Part shown: piece by piece, positions 45,080 to 57,657 of the stretch
Layout of the letters: each line of letters opens with the position of its first letter
Position numbering within the stretch: the first letter of the stretch is position 1
Source: Eledone cirrhosa
Taxonomy: Eukaryota
Length of the DNA: 64,000 bases
Assembly (NCBI GenBank): GCA_964016885.1
Contig: OZ024740.1
Span: forward strand, 385,764,001 to 385,828,000
Direction: 5' to 3'
Position numbers and translations under genes: made by a program
Notes under the pieces: generated by a model
Told to the model about the DNA's origin: nothing
Database searches by the model: none
What the model saw: only the letters and a program-made list of their open reading frames with translations

Positions 45080-46554
45080 TTAAAGGGAATGAATATGTAG
45101 GAAAGAGTTAATTATAATGAAACAAAATTTATAATGAGATAATTATTATAATGATAAAATGAAAAAAATAAAGAAATAGATGCCTGTAGGCCTAAGCTAT
45201 AAACCAGAGTATATAATGTAGATGTTTTTATAGTTACAATTTATCTGGTTCGAAATTGGTGGAAATATGATAGCCCTAGTCCTTGCTAGTTTTCCCTTTA
45301 ATCAAGCACTACAGATTACATCCAGATGTCTGATTCCTCGCCTCTAAGGGACTCAGCCGCCAGATAGGCGGGAAGTCAGAGGGAAATCTTATGATATATA
45401 TAGGGAATGAGTATATATATATATATGTATGTATGTGTGTGTGTGTGTATATATATAAATAACATTACAAATGCTTTAATAACATTATAAATTGCTCGCC
45501 ATTCTTTCAGAAGGATATATTCCTTTAATGTTGCAATATTAAAGAAAATATAAAGGAAGAGGTGAACAACCAAGCCACCACCATAGCAAAAGACAGCAGC
45601 GTCACGAGGAGTACTGGGTGCCCACTCTAATGATTTTTGAGGCAAGCCAGCACACTTGCAGCGTTACCTCGGGTGATGGCGAGGCTGATATATGTATATA
45701 TTTATGTGTGTGTGTGTATATATATGCATATATATTTGTATATATACATATATATGACATCATGTTTAATATAGAAATGGATTCTACCGGACTTGAACTG
45801 TTTCATTCAAAATAAATCACCATGAAAGCCAACTGCAATTGCAATACGGTTTGTATTTATATGTTTTGTGGTGATCTTTGGGGGCTGAGTAGAGGTCGAT
45901 GCCCTAGGGATTTTAAAGAATGGATTCTTTGAAAAAAATATTTTTAGAGACATTCACAATAACACCATGACACAGATAAAAGACAAGGTTCACATTCACA
46001 CTCACTCACTCACCCACACACACACATACGGACACCCACACATTTCAGGCTTCATTTATTCTAAGTAAACAAATCTGACTAATTTTTGGTATCAATGAGT
46101 TATTGATACTTGTGAAATTGATTACTGATGAAGGTTGTGGAATTTGCAACAATAGCCACATATATATACATATCATCATCATTTAACGTCCATCTTCCAT
46201 GCTAGCATGAGTTAGCCAGTTTTGTTCTATTTGATGTGGGATTGATCAGAAGACCATGTCTCACTCATACGGATGTGTCTCTGGCAGGTTTTCTACAGCC
46301 GGTTGCCCTTCCTAACACCAACCACATTTACAGTGTAGACTGGGAGCCTCACATACATATATAGATATATATGGTTACCCCCCGCCTCCTCGTCTGAACC
46401 CAGGACTCAGATATATGTATATATGTGTATGTATCCCGGGTTCAATCGGGGGTAACCACAGTAAGTAAGGTACTCAATAGATAGATTGATATAGAATCTA
46501 TAGTACTGAGACCAAGGATGCAGAATGGGTACAGCAGTATGTAAAAGCCTAAAG

Positions 46555-46890
46555 ATGCTAGGCTTAGTGGTTAGAACATTGAGCTTGCAATCGGAAGGTT
46601 GGGATTTCGATTCTCGGACCGGGTAATGTCCTTGAGCAAGACACTTTATTTCACATTGTTCCAGTTTACCCAGCTGTAGAAATGAGTTGCGATATCACTG
46701 GTGCCAAGCTGTATCGGCCATAGCCTTTCCCTTGGAAAACATCGTTGGCATGGAAAGAGGGAGGCTTGTATGCATGGCTGACTGTTGGTCTTCCACAAAC
46801 AACCTTGCCCAGACATGTGCTTCAGAGGGGAAACTTTCTACGTGTAAATCCCATTGTCATTCTTGACAGGAGGAGGTCTTTACCTTACTA
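46555..46890 (+). mobile_element. tRNA-derived SINE with CORE-like domain and a different 3' tail
   Basis: ggcttagtggttag A box, gatttcgattc B box, gtccttgagcaagacacttt domain. Confidence 0.75.
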
Positions 46891-46970
46891 TTGACATCTC
46901 ACGCAAGACTTTACATATCTATATATATATATATGCCTAAAGATTTTACATATCTATATATATATATATC

Positions 46971-47003
<33 letters not shown>

Positions 47004-47109
47004 ATATATAAAGACAAAGTTAGTTCCACAACAAATTAGCAAACCATACTTGAACAGATTTTCAACCCTTGTATGGCTGCAGTGAGAATGTATGTATGTA
47101 TGTATGTAT

Positions 47110-47645
47110 GGCAAAACTCTCTGCAGTGGGTGTGAAGGATAATCTTTTTAACTGGTTGAAGTCCTTCATTCTCAGTCGAAGAGAGGTAGTTACGGTTCTA
47201 GGACAGCATCCCTCACCATATGAGATGTCATCTGGTGTACCACAGGATCTGTTCTTGGCCCCTTTTTGTTTGTGGCATATATTAATGACATAGATGCCAA
47301 CTTAAAGAATGCCACAGTACTGAAATATGCAGATGACATCAAGCTGTACCTTGAGATAAAAAGAACCGATCCTGAACACTATAGATCTTGCCTGAAATCT
47401 GACTTGGACACATTGCAACAATGGATCACAGACTGGCAACTCAAGCTAGCTGTGGACAAGTGTACCACCATGCATTTTGGGAGTAAAAACCCAGCGTCCA
47501 CATACTCCCTCCACAACACTAATATCAAGAAGTCTTCTTATGAACATGACCTGGGCATTACTGTGTGATTTGTGTTGGACAAAGCACATCTCTAAATTTG
47601 TCAAGATGGCCGAGGCTGTCTAAGCATCACTCAGCAAGACCTTTG
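47110..47645 (+). mobile_element. CR1/L2-group LINE reverse transcriptase fragment
   Basis: WLKSFILSR..SGVPQ(G)SVLGP.LFVAYIND..KYADDIKL..WQLKLAVDKC; frameshifted. Confidence 0.85.
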
Positions 47646-47706
47646 TATATATAAATGTATATATATATGTATATGTATATCTATATATGTATATATATAT
47701 ATGTAT

Positions 47707-47891
47707 ATAGGAACCAGTAAGGCTGAGCTCAAGCCGTTTCGACGGCTAATTCTGATGAGAATTAGCCGTCGAAACGGCTTGAGCTCAGCCGTCGGGGTCT
47801 TACTGGTTCCTATTACCCACTCTACTACCCCAAGTATTGAGTACTTTGGTGCGTTATGGTCCACCTGGTTCCTTACCACATTTCCTTCGTT
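47707..47891. mobile_element. Short hairpin-forming element, probably a PLE terminus, in (TA)n
   Basis: 107-nt fold-back, plus a 35-nt block identical to 61955-61989, which lies beside a GIY-YIG remnant. Confidence 0.6.
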
Positions 47892-47994
47892 ATATATGTA
47901 TATATATATATATGTATCTGTATATATATGTATATATATATATGTATATATATATATATGTGTATATATATATATATGTATCTGTATATATATG

Positions 47995-48043
<49 letters not shown>

Positions 48044-48218
48044 GTATATGTATGTATATATATGTATATATATATGTATATATATATATATATGTATGTA
48101 TATATATGTATATGTATATATATATGTATATATATATATGTATATGTATGTATATATATGTATATGTATATATATATGTATATATGTATATGTATATATA
48201 TATGTATGTATGTATATG

Positions 48219-48253
<35 letters not shown>

Positions 48254-48264
48254 ATATATATATA

Positions 48265-48595
48265 TCATCATCATTTTACGTCCACTTTTCCCTGCTTGCA
48301 AGGGTTGGACGGGAATTGATACTGGCTTGATTTCTACAGCTGGATGCCCTTCCTAACACCAACCTCAGTTACAGTGAGTGCTGGGTGGTTTTTGCCGTGA
48401 CACCTCCACGACCACTTTGCAGTGGAATGATAGGGACCCCAGTCCCTATCATCTCATTTCTACAGCTGAGTAAACTGGAGCAATGTGAAATAAAGTGTCT
48501 TGCTCAAGGAAACAACACATCACCCGGTCTGAGAATTGAACTCACAACCTTTTGATTGCAAGGCCAATGCTCTAACCACTAAGCCATGTGCCTCC
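48265..48595 (-). mobile_element. tRNA-derived SINE with CORE-like domain and RTE-derived 3' tail
   Basis: ggaggcacaTGGCTTAGTGG..GAGTTCAATTC head; tail shares ggttggtgttaggaagggcatccagctgtagaaatcaagcc..ggacgtaaaa(tga)n with RTE-B. Confidence 0.9.
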
Positions 48596-48664
48596 ATAAT
48601 ATATATATGTATATATATATATATGTGTATATATATATATATATATTTGTATATACATGTATAT

Positions 48665-50549
48665 ATAGCAGCATCATCATTAACTGCTACAAGGGTAAAG
48701 GAGATGCTCTTGATAGGGGTAACTATAGAGGCATTAAATTAATCGACCAAGTCATGAAGGTCACAGAAAAAGTAATAGCGCAACTAATCAGAGAACGAAT
48801 TGATCTAGATGAAATGCAGTTCGGGTTTGTGTCAGGTAAAAGTACCACAGACGCTCTTTTCATTGTACGACAACTACAAGAGAAGTACCTAGCTAAAAGT
48901 AAACCCTTATACTTAGCTTTTGTTGACTTGGAGAAAGCCTTTGACACAGTCTCCCTCTCCATTATCTGGTGGGCGCTTAGAAAACTAGGTGTTGATGAAT
49001 GGCTTGTGAGAGCTATACAAGCCATGTATAAAGAAACAGTCAGCAAGGTTAGAATTAACAACGAATATAGTGAAGAGTTTAGCGTAAAAGTTGGTGTTAA
49101 TCAAGGCTCCGTTCTTAGCCCCCTACTATTTATTATTGCCCTTCAGGCTATAACAGAGCAGTTCAAGACCGGCTGCCCATAGGAACTCCTATATGCAGAT
49201 GATCTAACGCTCATAGCTGAATCAATGGCTGAACTAGAGAAGAAATTCCAAACATGGAAGCATGGCCTAGAATCAAAAGGCCTTAAAGTTAACTTGTCTA
49301 AGACTAAAGTTCTAGTTTGTAGGAAGGAAAATAGGGCACTGGTCCCATCTGGGAAATGGCCATGCTCAGTGTGTAGGAAAGGAGTAGGCAGAAACTCCAT
49401 TTTATGTCCCAAATGCAAAGTAAGAGTTCATAAAAGATGTAGTGGGATCACAGGTAAGCTAACTAAGAATATAGATTTTATATGTGGCCGGTGCTCTGGT
49501 GCAATAAGTAGCAGCAAGTGCCCAGAGAATACTAGCTCATTCCATTGCACAGATGGTGCTATAGAAATAGTGGACACCTTCAGTTACCCGGGTGACAAAA
49601 TCAGCAGTGGGGGAGGGTGCTCTGAAAGTACAGTAGCTAGAGTCAGAACAGGATGGAAAAAGTTCATAGAGCTTATACCACTATTAGCCGCTAAAGGGTT
49701 CTCCCTAAAAATGAAAGGCAGGTTGTATGATGCCTGCATACGAACAGCAATGTTACATGGCAGCGAGACCTGGGCATTGTGTGCAGAGGATATACGCAGA
49801 CTGGAGAGAAAGGAAGCTTGCATGCTCCGCTGGATGTGTAATAGTAATATACGTGAACGACAAAGCATAAATGAACTAAGGGAGAAATTAGGAATAAGAG
49901 GGATCAGATGTTGTTTACTCGAAAGAAGACTACATTGGTACGGTCACGTGATGCGCATGAAAGACGACAGCTGTATAAAAAGTGCAGGGCGATAAAAATA
50001 GACGGTAGCCACGAAGTAGGCAGACCCAGAAAAACCTGGGACGACTTGATAAATTCCGACCTCACACACTTACACCTCTCCAAGACAATGTCACTGGACC
50101 GAGATCTTTGGCGCTACACTGTCATACAGAAGACCCGCCTTGCCTAAGTACAAAGCAAAATCTACAGTCAGTAGGCACCTCTAACAAAATACACCCCCCC
50201 CCCCCACCCCGTCCCACTACCACCTCCCCATCCACCCCCCCCCCTTAAATTTGAAGTTATGTTGGTACCACAACATCCAGGCCAAAACAAATGAGGTTGT
50301 GTAGGTGTCACGACAAAAAAACACACAGTCCACGCTGTAATGTGGCCATGTAGGTAACACGGTAAAAACCTCCCAGTCCACACTGTAAACGTGGTTGGTG
50401 TTAGGAAGGGCATCCAGCTGTAGAAAACCCGCCAGACAGTCCTATACGAGCAGGACAACAAATCTTGCCTCAAGTGGGAAACCTCCCGTCCAAACCCATG
50501 CAAGCGTGGAAGATGGACGTTAAACGATGATGATGATGATGATGATGAT
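48665..50549 (+). mobile_element. RTE LINE, subfamily A, 5'-truncated, disrupted
   Basis: RT from SSIIINCYKGKG onward with a stop before YADD, PHD-like finger, frameshift near 49980, full 3'UTR and (GAT)n; (TA)n on both sides. Confidence 0.95.
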
Positions 50550-50733
50550 ATATGTATATATATATATAATGTGTATATATATATGTGTATATATATATGT
50601 ATATATATATATGTATATATATATATATAATGAGGTTGGTGTTAGGAAGGGCATCCAGCTGTAGAAATCAAGCCAGAATCAGTTCCCGTCCCACCCTTGC
50701 AAGCAGGGAAAAGTGGACGTAAAATGATGATGA

Positions 50734-50781
<48 letters not shown>

Positions 50782-51431
50782 GTATATAGTAATAATAATA
50801 AATTTGAAGACTAAAATCCAAAGAGGGCTCGATAAGAGTTTCAGAAGATCCTGTTAAGGGTGAAAGCAGCGATTCTTTGCTTAAACTTTAATCTGTTATT
50901 TTAATAAATATATATGTATATATATATATATATGTATATATGATAATAATGGAGCTGCGGCGTTGCAAATGGGTTACATATGAAAAAGTTTGTCCTTCAT
51001 CAGTGGCCTTCCAACCGTCGTAGGCATTTCATCGCTTTAAAGGCCATATACCTCAGGTTGGTGCGAGCAACGGCTAAAAAAAGTCGTTGGGACACGTAAA
51101 TAAAGGGGACGCTAGGGTAAACAAACAAAATGGTTTAAGCAACAGAAAGAGATGAAGAAGGAAACAAGTCCCAGATTTCTATGAATATAAATTCGGTGAA
51201 ATCGTGAACGAGAGAATAAAGACCATCAAACCTGGTTGAAATGTGAGCAAGGACGGAATTTCGCACAGGTCTAACGGAAGGAAGAAGGGGTCTGGTCTGC
51301 GAATTCGGTAAACATAAGTTCTGTGAAGTCGCAGACGAGAGAGAGAAAAAAAATTCATACCGGCTTGGCCAAGAGCGCGCGAGAAAAGAATTACGGACAG
51401 GTCAAACGGGAAGAAAGGGGAGGAATATATG

Positions 51432-51479
<48 letters not shown>

Positions 51480-51643
51480 GATAGGTAAATATACACGGGT
51501 GTGTATGATTGTGTATAGAAGATTATATTAATAAGAGGAATTCCAACTTTGTCTGATTTACTCGTTTTATTTACAATCCTTTAAAATATATAATGGTATC
51601 ATAATGAAATAGTATGATAGAATATTAAATTCTAAGTGTTAAT

Positions 51644-51682
51644 TGAACAAGTACTTTCATGCTTTCGCAATCTTCAGGTTCA
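51644..51682 (-). ncRNA. Minimal type I hammerhead ribozyme
   Basis: Reverse strand: tgaac CTGAAGA t tgc-gaaa-gca t GAAA gtac TT gttca; 5-bp stem I, GNRA-capped stem II, palindromic stem III (agtact). Confidence 0.7.
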
Positions 51683-51806
51683 TAATATGTGGTGACAGTC
51701 AAGTTTGCAATTTTCAACTGTATATATTTGTATATATATATGTATATATTTGTATATATGTATATATATATTTGTATATATGTATATATATGTATACATA
51801 TATATG

Positions 51807-51878
<72 letters not shown>

Positions 51879-51967
51879 TATATATATATATATATGTACA
51901 TATATATATATGTATATAAATATATATGGCCGTACTCGAAAACGAGTTGGCAGCCACCATATATATA

Positions 51968-53274
51968 CAGGGTGTTCGGGATAAATTTGACAGAATAATA
52001 TTTGGTTGTTTTTTTCAGATGTTTTAAATTCATTCATGCCCACTAGGCTTTATTTGAAAGTTTAAACCCTCCTTCATTCATATATGTGATGACAACGAGA
52101 ATGGATGACTGGGAGCCACCTGAATTATGGAAGAGAATAACTTGTATCATGATGATTCGCGCCGGCCATCAAAATAAGGAGATTATGGTCGCTGCTCTAT
52201 GCTCCCTGAACACTGTAAAAACAATCCGGCATGAACTGGAGAATTGCAATGGAGACTACGAGGCTGTGGCTAGAAGAAAGAAACATAACAGAAGATCTGA
52301 TTGATCTCGCACAGCAGAATTCATCGAAAATCTGCAGAAAAAAGTGTTGGAGGACCCTGGCATCGGAATTCGGTCTTTGTCGCGTGAATTGAATGTTTCA
52401 GCCTCTACTATGAAAATTGCACTCAATGAAGACCTTCGCTACTACTCATACAAGCGTCGCAGAAGTCAACTTCTCACAGAAAAGGCCCGCGAAAATTGTC
52501 TGACAAAGGCGAAGAAACTTCTGAGCAAAGTGAAATATCCTGCTGAAGCACAAAGAATCTGGTTCTTTTCCGATGAGAAAAACTTGTGCCAAGATCAAAA
52601 ACACAACATGCAGAATAACAGATGACTTGCATACAGTCCAAAGGACACTCCTCGAGTCATGCAGACTAAATTTTCCCAAACTGTCATGGTTTTTGGATGT
52701 GTGTCCTCCGAGGGTGATGTGATGCCTCCGCATTTTTTCAAACAAGGTCTCAGGTTGAATTCAGATGCCTACGTGGAATTGCTAACCACTGTAGTTAAGC
52801 CCTGGATAACAAGGGTAGCCAATAATAGGCCGTATGTATGGCAGCAGGATTCGGCCCCCTGCCACACCTCGGAGAAAAGTCAAAAATGGTTGTTAGCCAA
52901 TTTTTACGACTACACCAGTCCCAATGTTTGGCCTCCGAACTCCCCTGATCTTAACCTGATGGACTATTATGTATGGGGCGCTGTAGAGAAAGACACCAAT
53001 CGCCGTGCCAGTACTACAAAAGCCCAGTTAATCGACAGAATTAAAGTAGTTTTTGAGGGCCTTCCCAGGGAAAGTGTAAAATCAGCTTGCTCCAGGTTCT
53101 GGGCCCGGATTGAGGCTGTAATAGACGCTAATGGCGGTTATTTTGAGTAAAACTCTTTGACAATAGTGTAATTTCCTTGTCCATTGAATTCCTTTTAAAT
53201 CAAATAAATTTTGTAGATACCAAGCACTTTTTCTTTTTCCAGATGAAACTGTCAAATTTATCCCGAACACCCTG
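51968..53274 (+). mobile_element. Tc1/mariner DD37D (maT-type) transposon, full length
   Basis: Perfect 26-bp TIR cagggtgttcgggataaatttgacag with TA flanks. Confidence 0.95.
52089..53150 (+). pseudogene. DD37D transposase with two in-frame stops
   Basis: Single frame; FFSDEK, WQQDSAP and SPDLNLMDYYVW with 37 residues between the second and third Asp; TGA at 52302 and 52623. Confidence 0.92.
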
Positions 53275-53295
53275 TATATATATACATACATACAT

Positions 53296-53640
53296 GGAGG
53301 CACATGGCTTAGTGGTTAGAGCATTGGCCTTGCAATCAAAAGGTTGTGAGTTCAATTCTCAGACCGAGTGATGTGTTTTTTCCTTGAGCAAGACACTTTA
53401 TTTCACATTGCTCCAGTTAACTCAGCTGTAGAAATGAGATGATAGGGACTGGGGTCTATATCATTCAACTGCAAAGTGGTCGTGGAGGTGCCACGGCAAA
53501 AAAGCACCCAGCACTCACTGTAAATGAGGTTGGTGTTAAGAAGGGCATCCAGCTGTAGAAATCAAGCCCGAATCAGTTCCTGTCCCACCCCTGCAAGCAG
53601 GGAAAAAGCGGACGTAAAATGAAATGATGATGAATGATGA
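53296..53640 (+). mobile_element. tRNA-derived SINE with RTE-derived tail (sister of 48265-48595)
   Basis: Near-identical to the reverse complement of 48265-48595. Confidence 0.9.
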
Positions 53641-53676
53641 TATATATATATATGTATGTATGTATATATATATATG

Positions 53677-53704
<28 letters not shown>

Positions 53705-53712
<8 letters not shown>

Positions 53713-55201
53713 ATATAAGATCAAAAGATGGTTAAAGGAGTTCCATGTATTTTATTATGCGCATTTCAAAAACAAACATCATCATGCAATAATATTTGTG
53801 TTTTCATCAGATAAAACAGGAGAACATGATATGAAGGCTAAAAAACACTTGTGGATAGTGCAGTTTTAAATCAACATATGAAAAGTGGTTTTAGATTGAT
53901 GTGTGATATTGGGAAGAATATTTTATTTAGAGAGGGGGGGGTGGAAAGGATGAAAAAGGGGAGGAGATGAGAGGGAGAGATGGGTGATAGAGAGAAAGAG
54001 ATAGTTTTTATAACTGAGAGGAGATATATTGTTTTACATAGAGAGGTTGAAAACCGTTGGAAGATAATGTATAAATTTAAAAAAATTTGAAAATTAACGA
54101 AAGGAGGATATGTGCGAGGAAAAAGTATTTTATTTAGGGAGTGGGGGGTGGAAAGGATGAAAAAAAGGGGGAGGAGATGAGAGTGAAGGTGGAGAGGGAG
54201 AGATGGGTGATAGAGAGAAAGAGATAGTTTTTATAACTGAGAGAAAGATATATTGTTTTACATAGAGAGATTGAGAAACCGTTGGAAGATAATGTATAAA
54301 TTAAAGGAATTTGAAAATTAACGAAGGGAATTTATGTATGAAGATAGAGAGAAGAAATAATAATTGTGGATGAATATTCTAACGTCAAAAAAGGGTATGT
54401 TGTGGCAATTTCAAAATTAACGAAGAGAAAAATTATTAAGGTTTGTGTGTAGAAGGATTTGAGAAAAATAATGTGAAGTTAAAGTTTGTATATTGGAGGA
54501 ATTGATAATATATGCGAATAGAGTTAATATGTATTAAGAATGAGTTCGTTGATGGGGAGAAAAAAAATAATAAATTAAGGATGAAATTGAGATTAAAAAG
54601 ATTTATGATAGAGAGAAAAAAATAATGATTGCGGATGAATATTCTAACGTCAAAAAACAGATGTATATGTTATGAATGATTTTACAAGGTGAAGATAGAA
54701 TGAGGGTAATGAGTAAACAAGTATTATAGAGTGTATAAAGCCCTTTAAAGTATGGTAGGAAGATGGGTATATTTTAAAGAGGTGTATGTATATGTGCCTT
54801 TGAGAAAAGATTCTAAATTGATAAAGAATTGAATATTAACTGTATACTTTGTGAAAAGTTCTATGGAATTTATGCAGGCAGATAGAAAACAAATCTGTAC
54901 GTCTATTTATTATAGAATCTAGGTTAGAGATAATGGTAAATTTTTCATTTAGGCAGAGATTACAGATTTTAGATAGAGAGCTGTTCAAGTATGAGGATGC
55001 AGAAGAAACCTTCTTCCAAAAGATGGTATATTTAATGTTTTTGTCTTTTAAGGACCATATGAGTTCTGAGAGAGCAGTGTTGGTTCTTTTAAGTTTGTAT
55101 TTGATCTTATATTATGTATACTCCAGTCCTACAAACTGTAGAGTGCTTCTTATCCGATATCTGCATTGCTTTATTGTACTACAATAAAACTCACCTCCTA
55201 C
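53705..55201 (-). mobile_element. Penelope-like element, 5'-truncated, with inverted pLTR
   Basis: Reverse strand ~54836-55100 encodes a GIY-YIG C-terminus (TALSELIWSLKDKNIKYTIFW..CNLCLNEKF..INRRTDLFSICLH); 3'UTR with ~200-bp duplications; 55100-55201 is an inverted terminal piece. Confidence 0.8.
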
Positions 55202-55216
55202 ATATATATACATATG

Positions 55217-55285
<69 letters not shown>

Positions 55286-55654
55286 GTATGTATATATATG
55301 TATGTATGTATGTATATATATATATGTATGTATGTATATATATATATGTATGTATGTATATATATATGTATGTATGTATATATATATATGTATGTATGTA
55401 TATATATATATGTATGTATGTATATATATATATGTATGTATGTATATATATATATGTATGTATGTATATATATATATGTATGTATGTATATATATATATG
55501 TATGTATATATATATATGTATATGTATATATGTATGTATATATATATATGTATGTATGTATATGTATATATGTATGTATATATATATATGTATGTATGTA
55601 TATATATATATGTATGTATATATATATATGTATGTATGTATATATATATATGTA

Positions 55655-57232
55655 TCATCATCACCGTTTTACGTCCGTTCTTCCACGCTAGCATGGGTTA
55701 GACGGGTTGTCCTGTTGTGGGCAGTGTCTGGTCGGCTGACCATGCCTTGCTCATACAGGAACTGATCTGGCTTGATTTCTACAGCTGGATGCCCTTCCTA
55801 ACACCAACCTCATTTACAGTGAGTGCTGGGTGCTTTTTCGTGGCGCCTACACGTCCACTTTACAGTGTGGGCTGGGTGCTTTTTTGCCGTGGCACCTCCA
55901 CGACCACCTTGCGGTGGGGGGGGGGGGCATATTGTTTATATGCTTCAGCATGTACCCATGGGAGGTCGGGTACCCTGTATTACTGCGTGACGCCAGAAGT
56001 CACGGTCGTGTGTCATTGACTTTGAGAGGTGTAGTTGGGTAAGGTCGGCTTTTATCACCTCATCCCAAGTCATCTTGGGTCTCCCCACTCCGCGGTTTCC
56101 ATCAACTTCTAGTGCTCTGCACCTTTTTATGCAGCTGTCATCCTTCATACGCATCACATGTCCATACCAGCGTAACCGCCTCTCCTGCACGCAGCATTTG
56201 ATTCCTCTTATGCTCAGTCTCTCTCTCAATTCATTTATGCTTTGTCGTTCACGTATATTACTGTTACACATCCATCGGAGCATGCAGGCTTCGTTTCTCT
56301 CTAATCTACGTAAGTCTTCCACCTTCAGCGCCCAGGTCTCACTACCATGCAACATCGCTGTTCGGATACACGCATCATACAGTCTGCCTTTCATTCTGAG
56401 GGAGAAGCCTTTTGCAGCTAGCAGTGGTAGTAGTTCCCTAAACTTCTTCCATCCCGTTCTTACCCTAGTTATTGTACTTTCTGAGCACCCACCTCCGTTG
56501 CTAATTCGGTCACCTAGGTAGCAGAAGCTGTCTACTGTTTCTACAGGGCCCTCCCAGAGATTGGTGGTACTTGTTTCCTGTGGCTGTTTGCTTGCTGTTT
56601 CAGCACAGCTGCTGCATGTGAATCCTACATTCTTAATTAAGCTTCCTGAGATCCCGCTACATCTCTTGTGTACCCATTGTTTGCATTTGGGGCAAAGAAT
56701 GGAGTTCCTACCTACACCTTTCCTACATACTGAGCAAGGCCATTTCCCTGAGGGGATCTGGGTTCTGTTTTCTCGTCTACTTATAAGGACCTTAGTCTTT
56801 GTCATGTTGACTTTGAGGCCCTTTCTCTCTAGTCCCTGCTTCCAGGTTTGGAATTTATTCTCTAGTTCTACCATAGATTCAGCTATGAGTGCGAGGTCAT
56901 CAGCATACAGGAGTTCCCATGGGCATCCGGTCTTAAACTCCTCCGTTATTGCCTGCAGGACTATGATGAACAGGAGAGGGCTAAGAACAGAGCCCTGGTG
57001 GACCCCAACCTGTACGCTAAATTCCTCGCTATACTCATTGCCAATCCTAACTTTGCTGACTGCTCCCCTATACATGGCTTGTACCGCTTTCACAAGCCAT
57101 TCATCTACTCCTAGTTTTCTAAGAGCCCACCAGATTACTGCACGTGGAACTCTGTCAAAGGCTTTCTCAAGGTCGACAAATGCCAAGTAGAGTGGCTTAC
57201 TTTTAGCTAGGTACTTTTCCTGTAATTGCCTC
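55655..57232 (-). mobile_element. RTE LINE subfamily B, 5'-truncated (copy B2)
   Basis: Open frame 55945-57232 nearly identical to B1; (GAT)n tail; TA-type repeats on both sides. Confidence 0.96.
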
Positions 57233-57243
57233 ATGTATGTATG

Positions 57244-57283
<40 letters not shown>

Positions 57284-57657
57284 TATATATGTATGTATGT
57301 ATGTATATATATATATATGTATGTGTATATATATATGTATATATGTATGTGTATATATATATGTATATATGTTTGTGTATATATATATGTATGTATATAT
57401 ATATATGTATGTATCTATATATATGTATGTATATATATGTATGGATGATGATGATGTATGTATGTGTATATATATATATGGATGTATGTATGTGTATATA
57501 TATATATATATATGTATGTATGTGTATATATATATGTATGTATGTGTATATATGTATGTATGTGTATGTATGTGTATATATGTATGTATGTGTATATATA
57601 TATATATATGTATGTATGTGTATATATATATATTTATATGTATGTATGTATGTGTAT

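Noticed and set aside
45556-45690. GC-richer island as a host exon
   Set aside because: No convincing splice sites or Ig-like translation; more likely a decayed non-LTR 3' end, which I cannot assign.
52302-52625. Two in-frame TGA in the maT transposase as programmed readthrough
   Set aside because: Simple nonsense mutations (e.g. TGG>TGA in NRWLA) explain them.
53296-53372. tRNA gene
   Set aside because: A and B boxes are present, but there is no proper acceptor stem and it continues into a SINE body.
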